From an uncultured Spirochaetota bacterium (lineage in GTDB: Bacteria > Spirochaetota > Spirochaetia > SZUA-6 > Fen-1364): a DNA stretch of 64,000 nt. The stretch spans positions 128,001 through 192,000 of the forward strand of contig CAWAHW010000001.1 of assembly GCA_963781885.1 (NCBI GenBank), written 5' to 3'. Below, piece after piece: positions 49,564 through 58,482 of the stretch. The translations under genes were made by a program, and so were the position numbers. The first letter of the stretch is position 1. The number at the start of each line of letters is the position of its first letter. The notes below the pieces were generated by a model. That model was not told the DNA's origin and searched no databases. It was given only the letters and a program-made list of their open reading frames with translations.

Positions 49564-51195
49564 ATGAAACCTGTTACACGAAAAACCCTGGCATCTCTCA
49601 TCGCGGAGCAGATCAGGGCCGAAATCGTCCGGGGGAATCTCAAGGCTGCTCAACGCCTTCCCAGCGAGGCGGAGCTGAGCGCGGAGTTCAATGTCGGCCG
49701 GCCCACACTGCGGGAGGCCCTTCGCATCCTCGAGGGCCAGGGATGGGTCCAGATCAAATTCTCCACCGGTGTTTTCGTTTCCGATCCCGAGAATCTCGCG
49801 GACCGCATGTCCTCGTACTACGGCAAGGAAGGAATACGGGACCTCCTGGATTCCGAGCTCGCCCAGCTCCAGCACGAGGGCAGGGAGGTGCCTGCCTCCG
49901 CCAGAACCGATCTTCTCCACCTGCAGGAGGACGGAAAGCTGCGGGAGATCGAAGAGCTGGTGGAGAAACTGCAGAAGCTCCCGGCATCGTCCAGCTTCTC
50001 CTACGTGGAGCCGACGACGCTCGCCGACATACGATCCGCCCGACAGGCCGCCGCGGAAGCGCCGGACAAGCGTGACAGGGTGGCCGATCTGAGGGATCGC
50101 ATCCACGGCGGCCTGCTGGGCCGCTGCATCGGCAGCCTCCTTGGCACGCCGGTCAATGGGTGGACCGCGAACGCCATCGAGCAGTATCTGCGCGCGATCG
50201 ATCGCTACCCCCTGACGGGTCTCATGCCCTACGCCCCGAACGAGGTGGCGCGCGGCCAGTATTCATTCCTCGGAGCCGAAGCGCAGTCCGCGCCCGTGCC
50301 CCCGCGGGGCCTCCTGCGCGGGGTCGAGCCGGAGTTCGCCATCCTCAACGACACGATCATCAGCCTCAAGGTGATGCAGCTCCACGGGTGGGATTTTTCT
50401 TCCGAGGACGTCGGCGAGGAGTGGCTTTCTTCCCTTCCCTACCGGACGACGCTCACCGCGGAAAGACAGGCGTACGGAAACCTCGTGCGGGGCCTCTCCC
50501 CGCCGGCCACCGCCACGATCCTCAATCCCTTCCGCGAATGGATCGGCGGCACCGTGCGCGCCGACCTCTACGGCTACGTCTGCCCGGGCGACCCTGCGCT
50601 GGCGGCGATGCTTGCCTTCCGCGACGCAACCGTTTCCCATACGAAGAACGGCGTCTACGGCGCCATGTTCGTGGCCGCTGCCATCGCCGCGGCGTTTGTC
50701 GCACAAAGCGCGGAGGAGATCGTCACGGCGGGCATGGGCCAGATCCCGCAGCGCTCCCGGTTGTGGGAGCTTCTGTCCCAGGTCGTGCAGTGGTGGAAGG
50801 ACGGAACGGAGTGGCAGGTTTCCGTGGCGCGCATCGAGGAGCGCTGCGCGGACTACCGGCGGCCGCACGTGCTGCCCAACGCGGCAAGAATCGCCGTCGG
50901 CGTCCTGCACGGGGGCCTGGACGTCCGCGCGACGATCTGCACGACCGTCATGTGCGGGAACGACCCGGACTGCAATGCCGGCGCTGCGGGCTCCATCATC
51001 GGCGTGCACGCGGGCGCCCGCGGCATTCCCGACGATTTCCGGCACGCCGTCGGTGACCGGCTCCCGAGCGCCGTGCTCGGCTTTCACGAGACGAAAATCA
51101 GCCTGGTGGCGGAAATGGCGGAAAAGATCGCGGCCTCCCGTCCGGGCGAGGGACGCGAGACGGTCAAGCCGGCGCGCGATGCGAAACGGATCTGA
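49564..51195 (+). CDS. GntR (FadR-like) HTH fused to an ADP-ribosylglycohydrolase-fold domain
   Basis: RLPSEAELSAEFNVGRPTLREALRILE HTH; LLGRCIGSLLG, TAERQAY, NPFREWIGG..RAD, SHTKNGVYG, GNDPDCNAG..GS. Confidence 0.85.
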   Translation: MKPVTRKTLASLIAEQIRAEIVRGNLKAAQRLPSEAELSAEFNVGRPTLREALRILEGQGWVQIKFSTGVFVSDPENLADRMSSYYGKEGIRDLLDSELAQLQHEGREVPASARTDLLHLQEDGKLREIEELVEKLQKLPASSSFSYVEPTTLADIRSARQAAAEAPDKRDRVADLRDRIHGGLLGRCIGSLLGTPVNGWTANAIEQYLRAIDRYPLTGLMPYAPNEVARGQYSFLGAEAQSAPVPPRGLLRGVEPEFAILNDTIISLKVMQLHGWDFSSEDVGEEWLSSLPYRTTLTAERQAYGNLVRGLSPPATATILNPFREWIGGTVRADLYGYVCPGDPALAAMLAFRDATVSHTKNGVYGAMFVAAAIAAAFVAQSAEEIVTAGMGQIPQRSRLWELLSQVVQWWKDGTEWQVSVARIEERCADYRRPHVLPNAARIAVGVLHGGLDVRATICTTVMCGNDPDCNAGAAGSIIGVHAGARGIPDDFRHAVGDRLPSAVLGFHETKISLVAEMAEKIAASRPGEGRETVKPARDAKRI

Positions 51196-51254
51196 AGCAA
51201 TGGAATGCACATCATCGGTGCGGGGATGAACCCCGCCGGAAGAAGGAGGAAGAG

Positions 51255-52541
51255 ATGTCCGAAACAGTGAATGTCCGGGGCAGACAGGACAGGGGGGCTC
51301 CCCAGATCCTGCCTGCCCGTGCGCAATCCGACCTGATCACGGAGCTGGTGAGAAACCGACTCGATACGGTTCTTCCCGTTGCCATGAAGGAGGCGGGGCT
51401 CGACATGTGGATCATCCTCAGCCAGGAGGACGACCTGGACCCCCTCTACAAGACGATGGTTCCGATGGACTGCTGGAACCCGATCCTCCAGATGCTCGTC
51501 TTCGTCGACGAGGGCAACGGAAAGATCAGCCGGTACAGCATCTCGGGGACCGATACGAAGGACCTCTACGAGCGTCCCTACATCGGACAGCTGGAGGAGA
51601 AGCAGTGGCCGGTGCTCCTCGACCTGGTAAACAAGCGGGACCCGAAGACCATCGGGGTGAATATCGGATCGGTGGCATGGGCGGCCGGCGGGCTCACGCA
51701 CTTCCTCTACAAGCAGCTTGAGGAAAAGCTCCCACAGAAGTACGCGAAACGCCTGGTCTCCGCGGAGAAAGCCGCCGTGCGCTGGGGTGCCTGCCTCACG
51801 GATCGGGAGATCGATCTTTTCCGGCACGTCGTGGAGATCGCCCACGGCATCATCGCCGACAGCTTCAGCCGGATGACGATCACCCCCGGGGTGACCACCG
51901 TGGACGACCTGGTGTGGTTCTACTGGCAGCGCTCCATCGATCTGGGCCTCGAGCTCTCCTTCCGGCCCTATTTCCGTCTCATTCGAAGCGACGCCGCCAT
52001 CCAGCTCCATGGCGCCAATGACAAGGTCATCAGGCCCGGGGACGCCATTCACAGCGACGTGGGCATCAAGTACCTTCGGATGAACTCGGACAACCAGCAC
52101 ATCGCTTACGTTCCCCGGAGGGGCGAGACGGATGCCCCTGCCGGGCTCAAGGCGCTCATGGCGCAGACCAACAGGCTGCAAGACATCTTCATGAGCGAGT
52201 TCAAGGTGGGCATCTCGGGCAATCAGCTTCTGCAGAACATCCTGAATCGGGCTCGGCGCGAAGGGATCGGCATGCCCCGGGTCTACTCCCACTCACTCGG
52301 GCTCTTCCTCCACCAGCCGGGACCCCTCATCGGCCTGCCGTGGGAACAGGAGAAGCCCCTGGCCCGTGGCGAGGTCCTGATGCAGCACAACTATGCATTC
52401 ACCATGGAGTTGAGCACGGATGGGCCGGTGCCGGAGTGGAACGGCCAGACCGTCAGATGCCCCATGGAGGAGCCGGTCGTGTTCACAAAGGAAGGCTGCA
52501 TGACGTTGAAGGGTCGGCAGACCGAGTTCTACTTGATATGA
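51255..52541 (+). CDS. M24 family (Xaa-Pro aminopeptidase-like) metallopeptidase, cytoplasmic
   Basis: Metal ligands in SDVG, NSDNQH, YSHSLG, MELS, MEEP; AAGGAGG RBS; no signal peptide. Confidence 0.82.
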   Translation: MSETVNVRGRQDRGAPQILPARAQSDLITELVRNRLDTVLPVAMKEAGLDMWIILSQEDDLDPLYKTMVPMDCWNPILQMLVFVDEGNGKISRYSISGTDTKDLYERPYIGQLEEKQWPVLLDLVNKRDPKTIGVNIGSVAWAAGGLTHFLYKQLEEKLPQKYAKRLVSAEKAAVRWGACLTDREIDLFRHVVEIAHGIIADSFSRMTITPGVTTVDDLVWFYWQRSIDLGLELSFRPYFRLIRSDAAIQLHGANDKVIRPGDAIHSDVGIKYLRMNSDNQHIAYVPRRGETDAPAGLKALMAQTNRLQDIFMSEFKVGISGNQLLQNILNRARREGIGMPRVYSHSLGLFLHQPGPLIGLPWEQEKPLARGEVLMQHNYAFTMELSTDGPVPEWNGQTVRCPMEEPVVFTKEGCMTLKGRQTEFYLI

Positions 52542-52571
52542 GCTTTTGCTTGACATCCGCCATTGGGCATG

Positions 52572-52601
52572 ATTGTATTATTGTCAGACAATAATACAAT
52601 T
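52572..52601. promoter_or_regulatory. Operator 2: perfect 14-bp inverted repeat upstream of oppA
   Basis: ATTGTATTATTGTC-A-GACAATAATACAAT; TTGACA at 52550. Confidence 0.8.
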
Positions 52602-52649
52602 TAGAAAACAACCCACGGACGTGGGAAAGCAAGGAAAAGGAGGAGTAGC

Positions 52650-54290
52650 ATGAAAGATTTCAAGACCAGATGGGCACGCATTGCGGTTTTCGCGATCGTG
52701 TTCATGGTGGGCGCGAGTGCCGTATTCGCGGCTGCGCAGAAGATTCTGTATCTGCCCGCCGACGCGGAGTTCGACAATCTCGACCCGCGGGTGTTGACGT
52801 CCACCATCCAGCAGCTCGTGCAGTTCGGCATTTTCGAGCCGCTCGTGCGCACGCACGACGGTCAGCTCCTGCCCGGCATGGCGAAGACCTGGGAGGAGTC
52901 CAAGGATGGAATGACCTATACCTTCCATCTCCGGGATGCCAAGTGGTCCGATGGAAAAGCGGTGACGGGCGGCGACTTTGTGCACGCGTTCGTGCGCATG
53001 TTCCAGATCTGCCCGGCAAGTCCCATCTATGACGACATCAAGAACGGAGCGGAGCTGCGCGCGGGCAAGGTGCAGCCGGCCGACCTCGGCGTGAAGGCGC
53101 CGGACGACAAGACGGTGGTCATCACCCTGAAGAACCCCGCTCCCTACTTCATGGGCCTCATCGCGAGCTCCTTCGGCGCGCCGGGCCGTGAAGACCTCGT
53201 CGCCAAGTACGGCGATGCCTACGGCGCGAGCGTCGACTCGCTGGCCAGCAATGGCCCCTTCATCCTCAAGGAATGGAAGAAGGACGACAAGATCGTGATG
53301 GTGAAAAACCCCAACTACTGGAACGCGGGAGCCATCAAGCTGGACCAGGTCGTCGTCTACGTCCTTCCCACCCCCCAGACCCAGCGGAATCTCTTTGACA
53401 GCGGGCAGCTCGACATGTATCTCCCCCGCGCCGAATCCGAGGCCAAGGATTACCAGGCAAAGGGCCTCCTGAGCTTCTTCGTACGCGGCGGGATCCGCGA
53501 CCTGCAGATCAACCGGCACGGCCAGAATGACCCCGTGAAGGCGAAGATCCTGAGCAATGTGAACTTCATGAAGGCCATCTCCTACGCCATCGACCGGCAG
53601 GGCTACGTGGACAACGTTCTCCAGGGAGCCGGCTACCCGGCCACCGTGCAGACGCCCCCCGGGACCGGCGTCTACCCCGGAAAGACCTGGGGCCAGGTGA
53701 GCACGAATATCGGCAAGTACCATCCCGTGAAGGCGGACCTGGCGAAGTCCAAGGCATACATGGATCTCGTGCTGAAGGACAACGGGTTCACCTCGGTGGA
53801 CCAGCTCCCGACGTTCGACTTCCTGACCTCGATCGGGCCCGACGATCCCAAGGACGTCACCGGTTACCTGCTGGGCGTCTTCAAGCAGATGGGCCTGAAG
53901 ATCAACGTGAAGCTCGCGACGGGCCAGCAGTTCTACAACAACCTGTACAAGCCCGCCCTCGCCTGGGACATGTGCCGCGCGGGGTGGGGCCCTGACTTCG
54001 ACGACCCGGCGACGTACATGGGCTACTGGGTCACCGCGTCCACCGACATGGGCGTGACCTATGAGAATGCCCAGTTCGATACTCTGTTTGCAAAGGCCAA
54101 CATGGAAACCGACCTCGTGAAGAGGGCTGTAATCCTCAACCAGGCCGAGGCCTTGTTCTCCGACAATGCGCCGTGCATCCCCATTACGTGGTATAAGGGT
54201 GAGATCGCGCTGTCGGCGCGCGTGAAGGGCTTCACGACCGCCATCACCGGACTGACGACGGACTATATCTTCGCGGACGTCACCAAGTAA
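52650..54290 (+). CDS. oppA: Oligopeptide ABC substrate-binding protein (family 5)
   Basis: Signal peptide; YTFHLRDAKWSDG, SNGPF, KNPNYW, GWGPDF; AGGAGG RBS. Confidence 0.9.
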   Translation: MKDFKTRWARIAVFAIVFMVGASAVFAAAQKILYLPADAEFDNLDPRVLTSTIQQLVQFGIFEPLVRTHDGQLLPGMAKTWEESKDGMTYTFHLRDAKWSDGKAVTGGDFVHAFVRMFQICPASPIYDDIKNGAELRAGKVQPADLGVKAPDDKTVVITLKNPAPYFMGLIASSFGAPGREDLVAKYGDAYGASVDSLASNGPFILKEWKKDDKIVMVKNPNYWNAGAIKLDQVVVYVLPTPQTQRNLFDSGQLDMYLPRAESEAKDYQAKGLLSFFVRGGIRDLQINRHGQNDPVKAKILSNVNFMKAISYAIDRQGYVDNVLQGAGYPATVQTPPGTGVYPGKTWGQVSTNIGKYHPVKADLAKSKAYMDLVLKDNGFTSVDQLPTFDFLTSIGPDDPKDVTGYLLGVFKQMGLKINVKLATGQQFYNNLYKPALAWDMCRAGWGPDFDDPATYMGYWVTASTDMGVTYENAQFDTLFAKANMETDLVKRAVILNQAEALFSDNAPCIPITWYKGEIALSARVKGFTTAITGLTTDYIFADVTK

Positions 54291-54315
54291 GGCGCCGCAC
54301 GCAGTATGAGCGAAC

Positions 54316-54346
54316 GAGGCCGGGTCGCGGGACCCGGCCTCTCTTC
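54316..54346 (+). terminator. Stem-loop after oppA (weak terminator or mRNA stabiliser)
   Basis: GAGGCCGGGTC-gcgg-GACCCGGCCTC followed by TCTTC. Confidence 0.6.
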
Positions 54347-54409
54347 ATCCCTCAAAGTCAAAATGAAAGTCGGTGAGACCCGGGGTTCCATCCCCGGGGA
54401 AGGACGGGT

Positions 54410-55330
54410 ATGGCACGCTATATTCTGAATCGCGTCCTTGTCGCGATTCTCACGATGTTTGTCCTGGCGACGACCACCTTCTTCCTCATGCGGCTGGTGC
54501 CCGGCGACCCCATGGCCGGGCCCAAGGTGACACCGGAGGTGAAGGCGATCCTCCGCAAGCACTACGGGCTGGACAAGCCCCTGATGGAGCAATACGTCAT
54601 CTACATGGGCAATCTCCTGCGGGGGGACTTCGGCTGGTCCATGGCCAAGCGCGGCAATCGCGTGAACGACATCATCCGTGACGCCTTTCCCGCCTCCCTG
54701 GACCTCGGCGTCCGGTCGATGATCGTCGCCATCATCATGGGCCTCTTTTTCGGGATCGTCGCGGCCCTCCACCGGGGAAAGCCCATGGACTACCTCACGG
54801 TGATCCTCGTCCTGGTCGGCATCTCCGTGCCCAGCTTCGTCGTTGCCGGCCTGCTCCAGTATTTCTTCGGCGTCTACCTCCACGTCCTGCCCGTGGCCCG
54901 CTACGACAACTGGAAGGCGACGCTCATGCCGACATTCGCCCTGAGCCTCGGCACGATGGCCACCCTTGCCCGCTACATGCGCGCGAGCATGCTGGAGATC
55001 GTCAACGCCGACTACATCAAGACGGCAAAGGCCAAGGGATTGAGTCGTCTGCAGATCGTCATGCGCCACCAGGTGCGCAACGCCCTGTTCCCGATCCTCA
55101 CCATCCTGGGTCCCGCCATCGCCATGGTGCTCACGGGGTCCTTCATCATCGAGACGGTCTTCGCCATCCCCGGCCTGGGCCGGCACTACGTGAACGCGAT
55201 GCAGAATCTCGACTACACCCTCATGCTGGGCCTCACGCTGTTCTTCGGTTTCTTCCTGATCGCGATGAATCTCCTGGTGGACTTCGCCTACGGGCTGATC
55301 GATCCCCGGGTCCGGCACACGCGGGGATGA
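54410..55330 (+). CDS. oppB: Oligopeptide ABC permease
   Basis: PGDP, YGLDKP, DYIKTAKAKGL, IDPRVR. Confidence 0.92.
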   Translation: MARYILNRVLVAILTMFVLATTTFFLMRLVPGDPMAGPKVTPEVKAILRKHYGLDKPLMEQYVIYMGNLLRGDFGWSMAKRGNRVNDIIRDAFPASLDLGVRSMIVAIIMGLFFGIVAALHRGKPMDYLTVILVLVGISVPSFVVAGLLQYFFGVYLHVLPVARYDNWKATLMPTFALSLGTMATLARYMRASMLEIVNADYIKTAKAKGLSRLQIVMRHQVRNALFPILTILGPAIAMVLTGSFIIETVFAIPGLGRHYVNAMQNLDYTLMLGLTLFFGFFLIAMNLLVDFAYGLIDPRVRHTRG

Positions 55331-55340
55331 GGAGCGTGCC

Positions 55341-56258
55341 ATGAGCGAGCTGCCGCGGGAGATGTTCACACCGCTCGATCGGGCGGAAAAGGCCGGGCTG
55401 AAGACGGAAACCGAGACGATCGCGTTCTGGAGCGACGTCTGGCGCCGGTTCCGCAGGAACAAGGCGGGCATGGCGGGAGTGGTGATCGTCCTCCTCTTCG
55501 TGATCCTCGCGATCGTCGGCCCGTCGCTCGTGCCCTTCAAGTTCGACCAGATCGACCTGACGTCCACCTACGTCCTTCCCGGACGCGCGCACTGGTTCGG
55601 CACCGACCTCCTGGGCAGGGACATCTGGGCCGAGCTCTGGGTGGGCGCCCGCGTCTCGCTCCTGATCGGCGTCGTCTCCGCGCTGAGCCAGATGGTCATC
55701 GGCACGATCATCGGCTCCCTCTCCGGCATCTATGGCGGCAAGGTCGACATGATCATCATGCGCGCCGTGGACATCCTGATCGCGGTCCCCTTCCTGATCT
55801 GGGTGAGCCTCTTCATGCTCGTGCTGAAGCCGGGCATACAGTCCATCATCCTCGCCTTCTCCATCACCGAATGGAAAGGCATGGCGCGCCTCGTGCGTGG
55901 CGAGGTCCTGCGCCTGAAAGAGACGGAATACGTCCTGGCAAGCAAGGGCATGGGGGCTTCCACCTGGCGCCTGATCACGAAGCATTTCTTTCCCAATCTC
56001 CTCCCCGTGGTCACCGTCTCCGTGACATTCCAGGTCACCGCCGCGATATTCGGCGAGGCGTTTCTGAGCTACATCGGCCTGGGCATCCAGCCGCCGCTCA
56101 CCTCATGGGGGGTCCTGATCGCGTCAGGGATCAACGAGATGCGCTCCTACACCTACATGCTCTTCATACCGGCGGTCTTCATCAGCCTCACGATGCTGTC
56201 GCTGCAGCTCATTGGCGACAGCCTTCGCGACGCCACCGACCCGAAGCTCCGGCAGTAA
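55341..56258 (+). CDS. oppC: Oligopeptide ABC permease
   Basis: HWFGTDLLGRD, EYVLASKGMGA, GDSLRDATDP. Confidence 0.92.
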   Translation: MSELPREMFTPLDRAEKAGLKTETETIAFWSDVWRRFRRNKAGMAGVVIVLLFVILAIVGPSLVPFKFDQIDLTSTYVLPGRAHWFGTDLLGRDIWAELWVGARVSLLIGVVSALSQMVIGTIIGSLSGIYGGKVDMIIMRAVDILIAVPFLIWVSLFMLVLKPGIQSIILAFSITEWKGMARLVRGEVLRLKETEYVLASKGMGASTWRLITKHFFPNLLPVVTVSVTFQVTAAIFGEAFLSYIGLGIQPPLTSWGVLIASGINEMRSYTYMLFIPAVFISLTMLSLQLIGDSLRDATDPKLRQ

Positions 56259-56271
56259 GGGGCGCGCGAAG

Positions 56272-57297
56272 ATGCCACAGGAAAAGCTTCTCGAAGTGCA
56301 GAATCTCACGATCTCCTTCCACACGTTCGCCGGCGACGTCTCGGCCGTGCGCAACGTGGACTTCGACCTGCGCCCGGGCGAGGTGATCGCCATCGTGGGG
56401 GAGTCGGGGAGCGGCAAGAGCGTCTCCACGCAGGCGATACTCGGGCTCACGCCGATTCCCCCCGGCGAGATCAAGAGCGGCAAAATCCTTTTCAAAGGGG
56501 AGAACCTGCTCACCTGCAGTGCCAGACGCCTGAGCGAGGTGAGCGGCGCGCAGATTTCGATGATCTTCCAGGACCCGATGACCTCGTTGAATCCCACGAT
56601 GAAGGTGGGAAACCAGATCCGGGAAATCCTCCACCAGCACGCGCGGCTCACCCGGGCGGAAAGCGCGGAGCGGGCCATGGAGCTCATGAATCTCGTCGGT
56701 ATCCCCGAGCCCCGGGTGCGCCTGGGCCAGTATCCCCACGAGTTCTCGGGCGGCATGCGCCAGCGCGCCATGATCGCCATGGCAATGGCCAATCGCCCCG
56801 AGATCCTCATTGCCGACGAGCCGACGACGGCGCTCGACGTCACCATCCAGTCGCAGATACTCCGGCTGCTGCGCGAGCTGCAGCGCGACTTTCACACGGC
56901 CATCATCCTCATCACCCACGACCTCGGCGTGGTTGCGGGCATGGCGGACCGCATCGTGGTCATGTACGCGGGCAGGGTCATGGAGGAAGGCACGACCGAC
57001 CAAGTCTACTATCGCCCCCACCATCCCTATACGGCCGGTCTGCTCCAGGCCGTTCCGAGCCTCGCGGATGACGAGCGGAAAAAGCTGCGCACCATCGAGG
57101 GCACGCCGCCCTTCCTTCTCCATGTTCCCCCCGGGTGCCCCTTTGCCGAGCGTTGCGACTATTCGATGCGCATCTGCAAGGAAAAGGAGCCGCCGTACCA
57201 CCATCCCGAGGCCGGCAACCGGGTCTTCTGCTGGCTCTACGACGAGGGTGCATCGGATCAGCGCGCGCGATTCGCGGCAAGGGAAGTGGCGCAATGA
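56272..57297 (+). CDS. oppD: Oligopeptide ABC ATPase
   Basis: GESGSGKS, FQDPMTSLNP, FSGGMRQR, HPYT, GCPFAERC. Confidence 0.93.
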   Translation: MPQEKLLEVQNLTISFHTFAGDVSAVRNVDFDLRPGEVIAIVGESGSGKSVSTQAILGLTPIPPGEIKSGKILFKGENLLTCSARRLSEVSGAQISMIFQDPMTSLNPTMKVGNQIREILHQHARLTRAESAERAMELMNLVGIPEPRVRLGQYPHEFSGGMRQRAMIAMAMANRPEILIADEPTTALDVTIQSQILRLLRELQRDFHTAIILITHDLGVVAGMADRIVVMYAGRVMEEGTTDQVYYRPHHPYTAGLLQAVPSLADDERKKLRTIEGTPPFLLHVPPGCPFAERCDYSMRICKEKEPPYHHPEAGNRVFCWLYDEGASDQRARFAAREVAQ

Positions 57298-58250
57298 CGG
57301 CAAAGATCCTGGAGCTTCATCATCTCCAGAAGCATTTCACCCTGAGCAGGGGACGGGTGCTGAAGGCCGTGGAGAACATCGACCTTGACATCTACGAAGG
57401 GGAGACCTTCGGGCTGGTCGGAGAGTCGGGCTGCGGAAAGTCCACGCTGGGAAGGACCATCAAAGGCATCTACGAGCCCACGGCCGGCCAGATCCTTTAT
57501 AACGGAAAGGATACCGCTCACATGGACGGCCAGGAGCGCAAGCTCTACCGCCGTGATTTACAGATCATCTTCCAGGACCCCTACTCATCGCTCAACCCCC
57601 GCATGACGGTGAAGGAGCTGATCGCCGAGGGGCTGGAGATACACGGTCTGGGCACGAAGGAAGAGCAGAAAGAAAGGGTCTTCGAGACGCTGAAGCTCGT
57701 GGGGCTCAGCCCCGAGTACGTGACGCGCTTCGCGCACGAGTTTTCCGGCGGCCAGAGACAGAGGCTTGCCATCGCGCGCGCGCTTGCCGTGAGGCCGCGC
57801 TTCATCGTCTGCGATGAGCCCATCTCCGCGCTGGACGTCTCCATCCAGGGGCAAATCGTGAACCTCATGAAGGACCTGCAGCGAGAGCTCGGCCTCACGT
57901 ACCTCTTCATTGCCCATGACCTGTCCATGGTGAAGTACATCAGCGACCGCGTCGGGGTGATGTACCTGGGAAGACTGGTGGAGGTCGCCGACAAGGCGGA
58001 GCTTTTCGCCAATCCGCAGCATCCCTATACGCAGGCTCTGCTGTCTTCCATCCCGATCCCCAATCCGAACATCGAGCGGCAGCGGAAGGAGATCCCCATC
58101 GAGGGGGAGATCCCCAGCCCCCTTGAAAAAATCGACGGCTGCAGCTTCAAGACGCGCTGCCCTTTCGCAGTGGCAAAATGCGACACCATGGCCTACGAGC
58201 TTCGGGACATCGGCAACCAGCACGTCGTGATGTGCACGAAGTTCCAGTAG
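57294..58250 (+). CDS. oppF: Oligopeptide ABC ATPase
   Basis: ATGA overlap; GESGCGKST, FSGGQRQR, DEPISALD, HPYT. Confidence 0.93.
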   Translation: MTAKILELHHLQKHFTLSRGRVLKAVENIDLDIYEGETFGLVGESGCGKSTLGRTIKGIYEPTAGQILYNGKDTAHMDGQERKLYRRDLQIIFQDPYSSLNPRMTVKELIAEGLEIHGLGTKEEQKERVFETLKLVGLSPEYVTRFAHEFSGGQRQRLAIARALAVRPRFIVCDEPISALDVSIQGQIVNLMKDLQRELGLTYLFIAHDLSMVKYISDRVGVMYLGRLVEVADKAELFANPQHPYTQALLSSIPIPNPNIERQRKEIPIEGEIPSPLEKIDGCSFKTRCPFAVAKCDTMAYELRDIGNQHVVMCTKFQ

Positions 58251-58282
58251 CCGCGCGTCGCTTTCCCTGGGCCCCTTGACGC

Positions 58283-58311
58283 TTGACCCCCCGCGCTCCC
58301 TGGTGTAAGTT
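58283..58311 (+). promoter_or_regulatory. Sigma70 promoter of the ilv leader
   Basis: TTGACC-17nt-TAAGTT. Confidence 0.6.
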
Positions 58312-58321
58312 CGTGAAGGTT

Positions 58322-58408
58322 ATGAACGGAAAAGGCTTGCAGACACGGCTCGCGCTCCTCGTCGTCGTACTCGTACTTTCGGGAGGCACCGCCGTGTGTG
58401 CACCGTAG
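58322..58408 (+). CDS. ilvB leader (attenuator) peptide MNGKGLQTRLALLVVVLVLSGGTAVCAP
   Basis: 28-codon ORF with the run L-A-L-L-V-V-V-L-V-L, directly before the terminator and ilvB. Confidence 0.85.
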   Translation: MNGKGLQTRLALLVVVLVLSGGTAVCAP

Positions 58409-58429
58409 GCTGGTCAAGCGAATTGACAC

Positions 58430-58468
58430 AAGCCCTGCTCGGTGGACACCGAGCGGGGCTTTTTTTTT
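58430..58468 (+). terminator. Attenuator terminator of ilvBN
   Basis: AAGCCCTGCTCGGTG / CACCGAGCGGGGCTT stem followed by a T run, 14 nt before the ilvB start. Confidence 0.9.
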
Positions 58469-58482
58469 CCGAAGGAGGGGTC

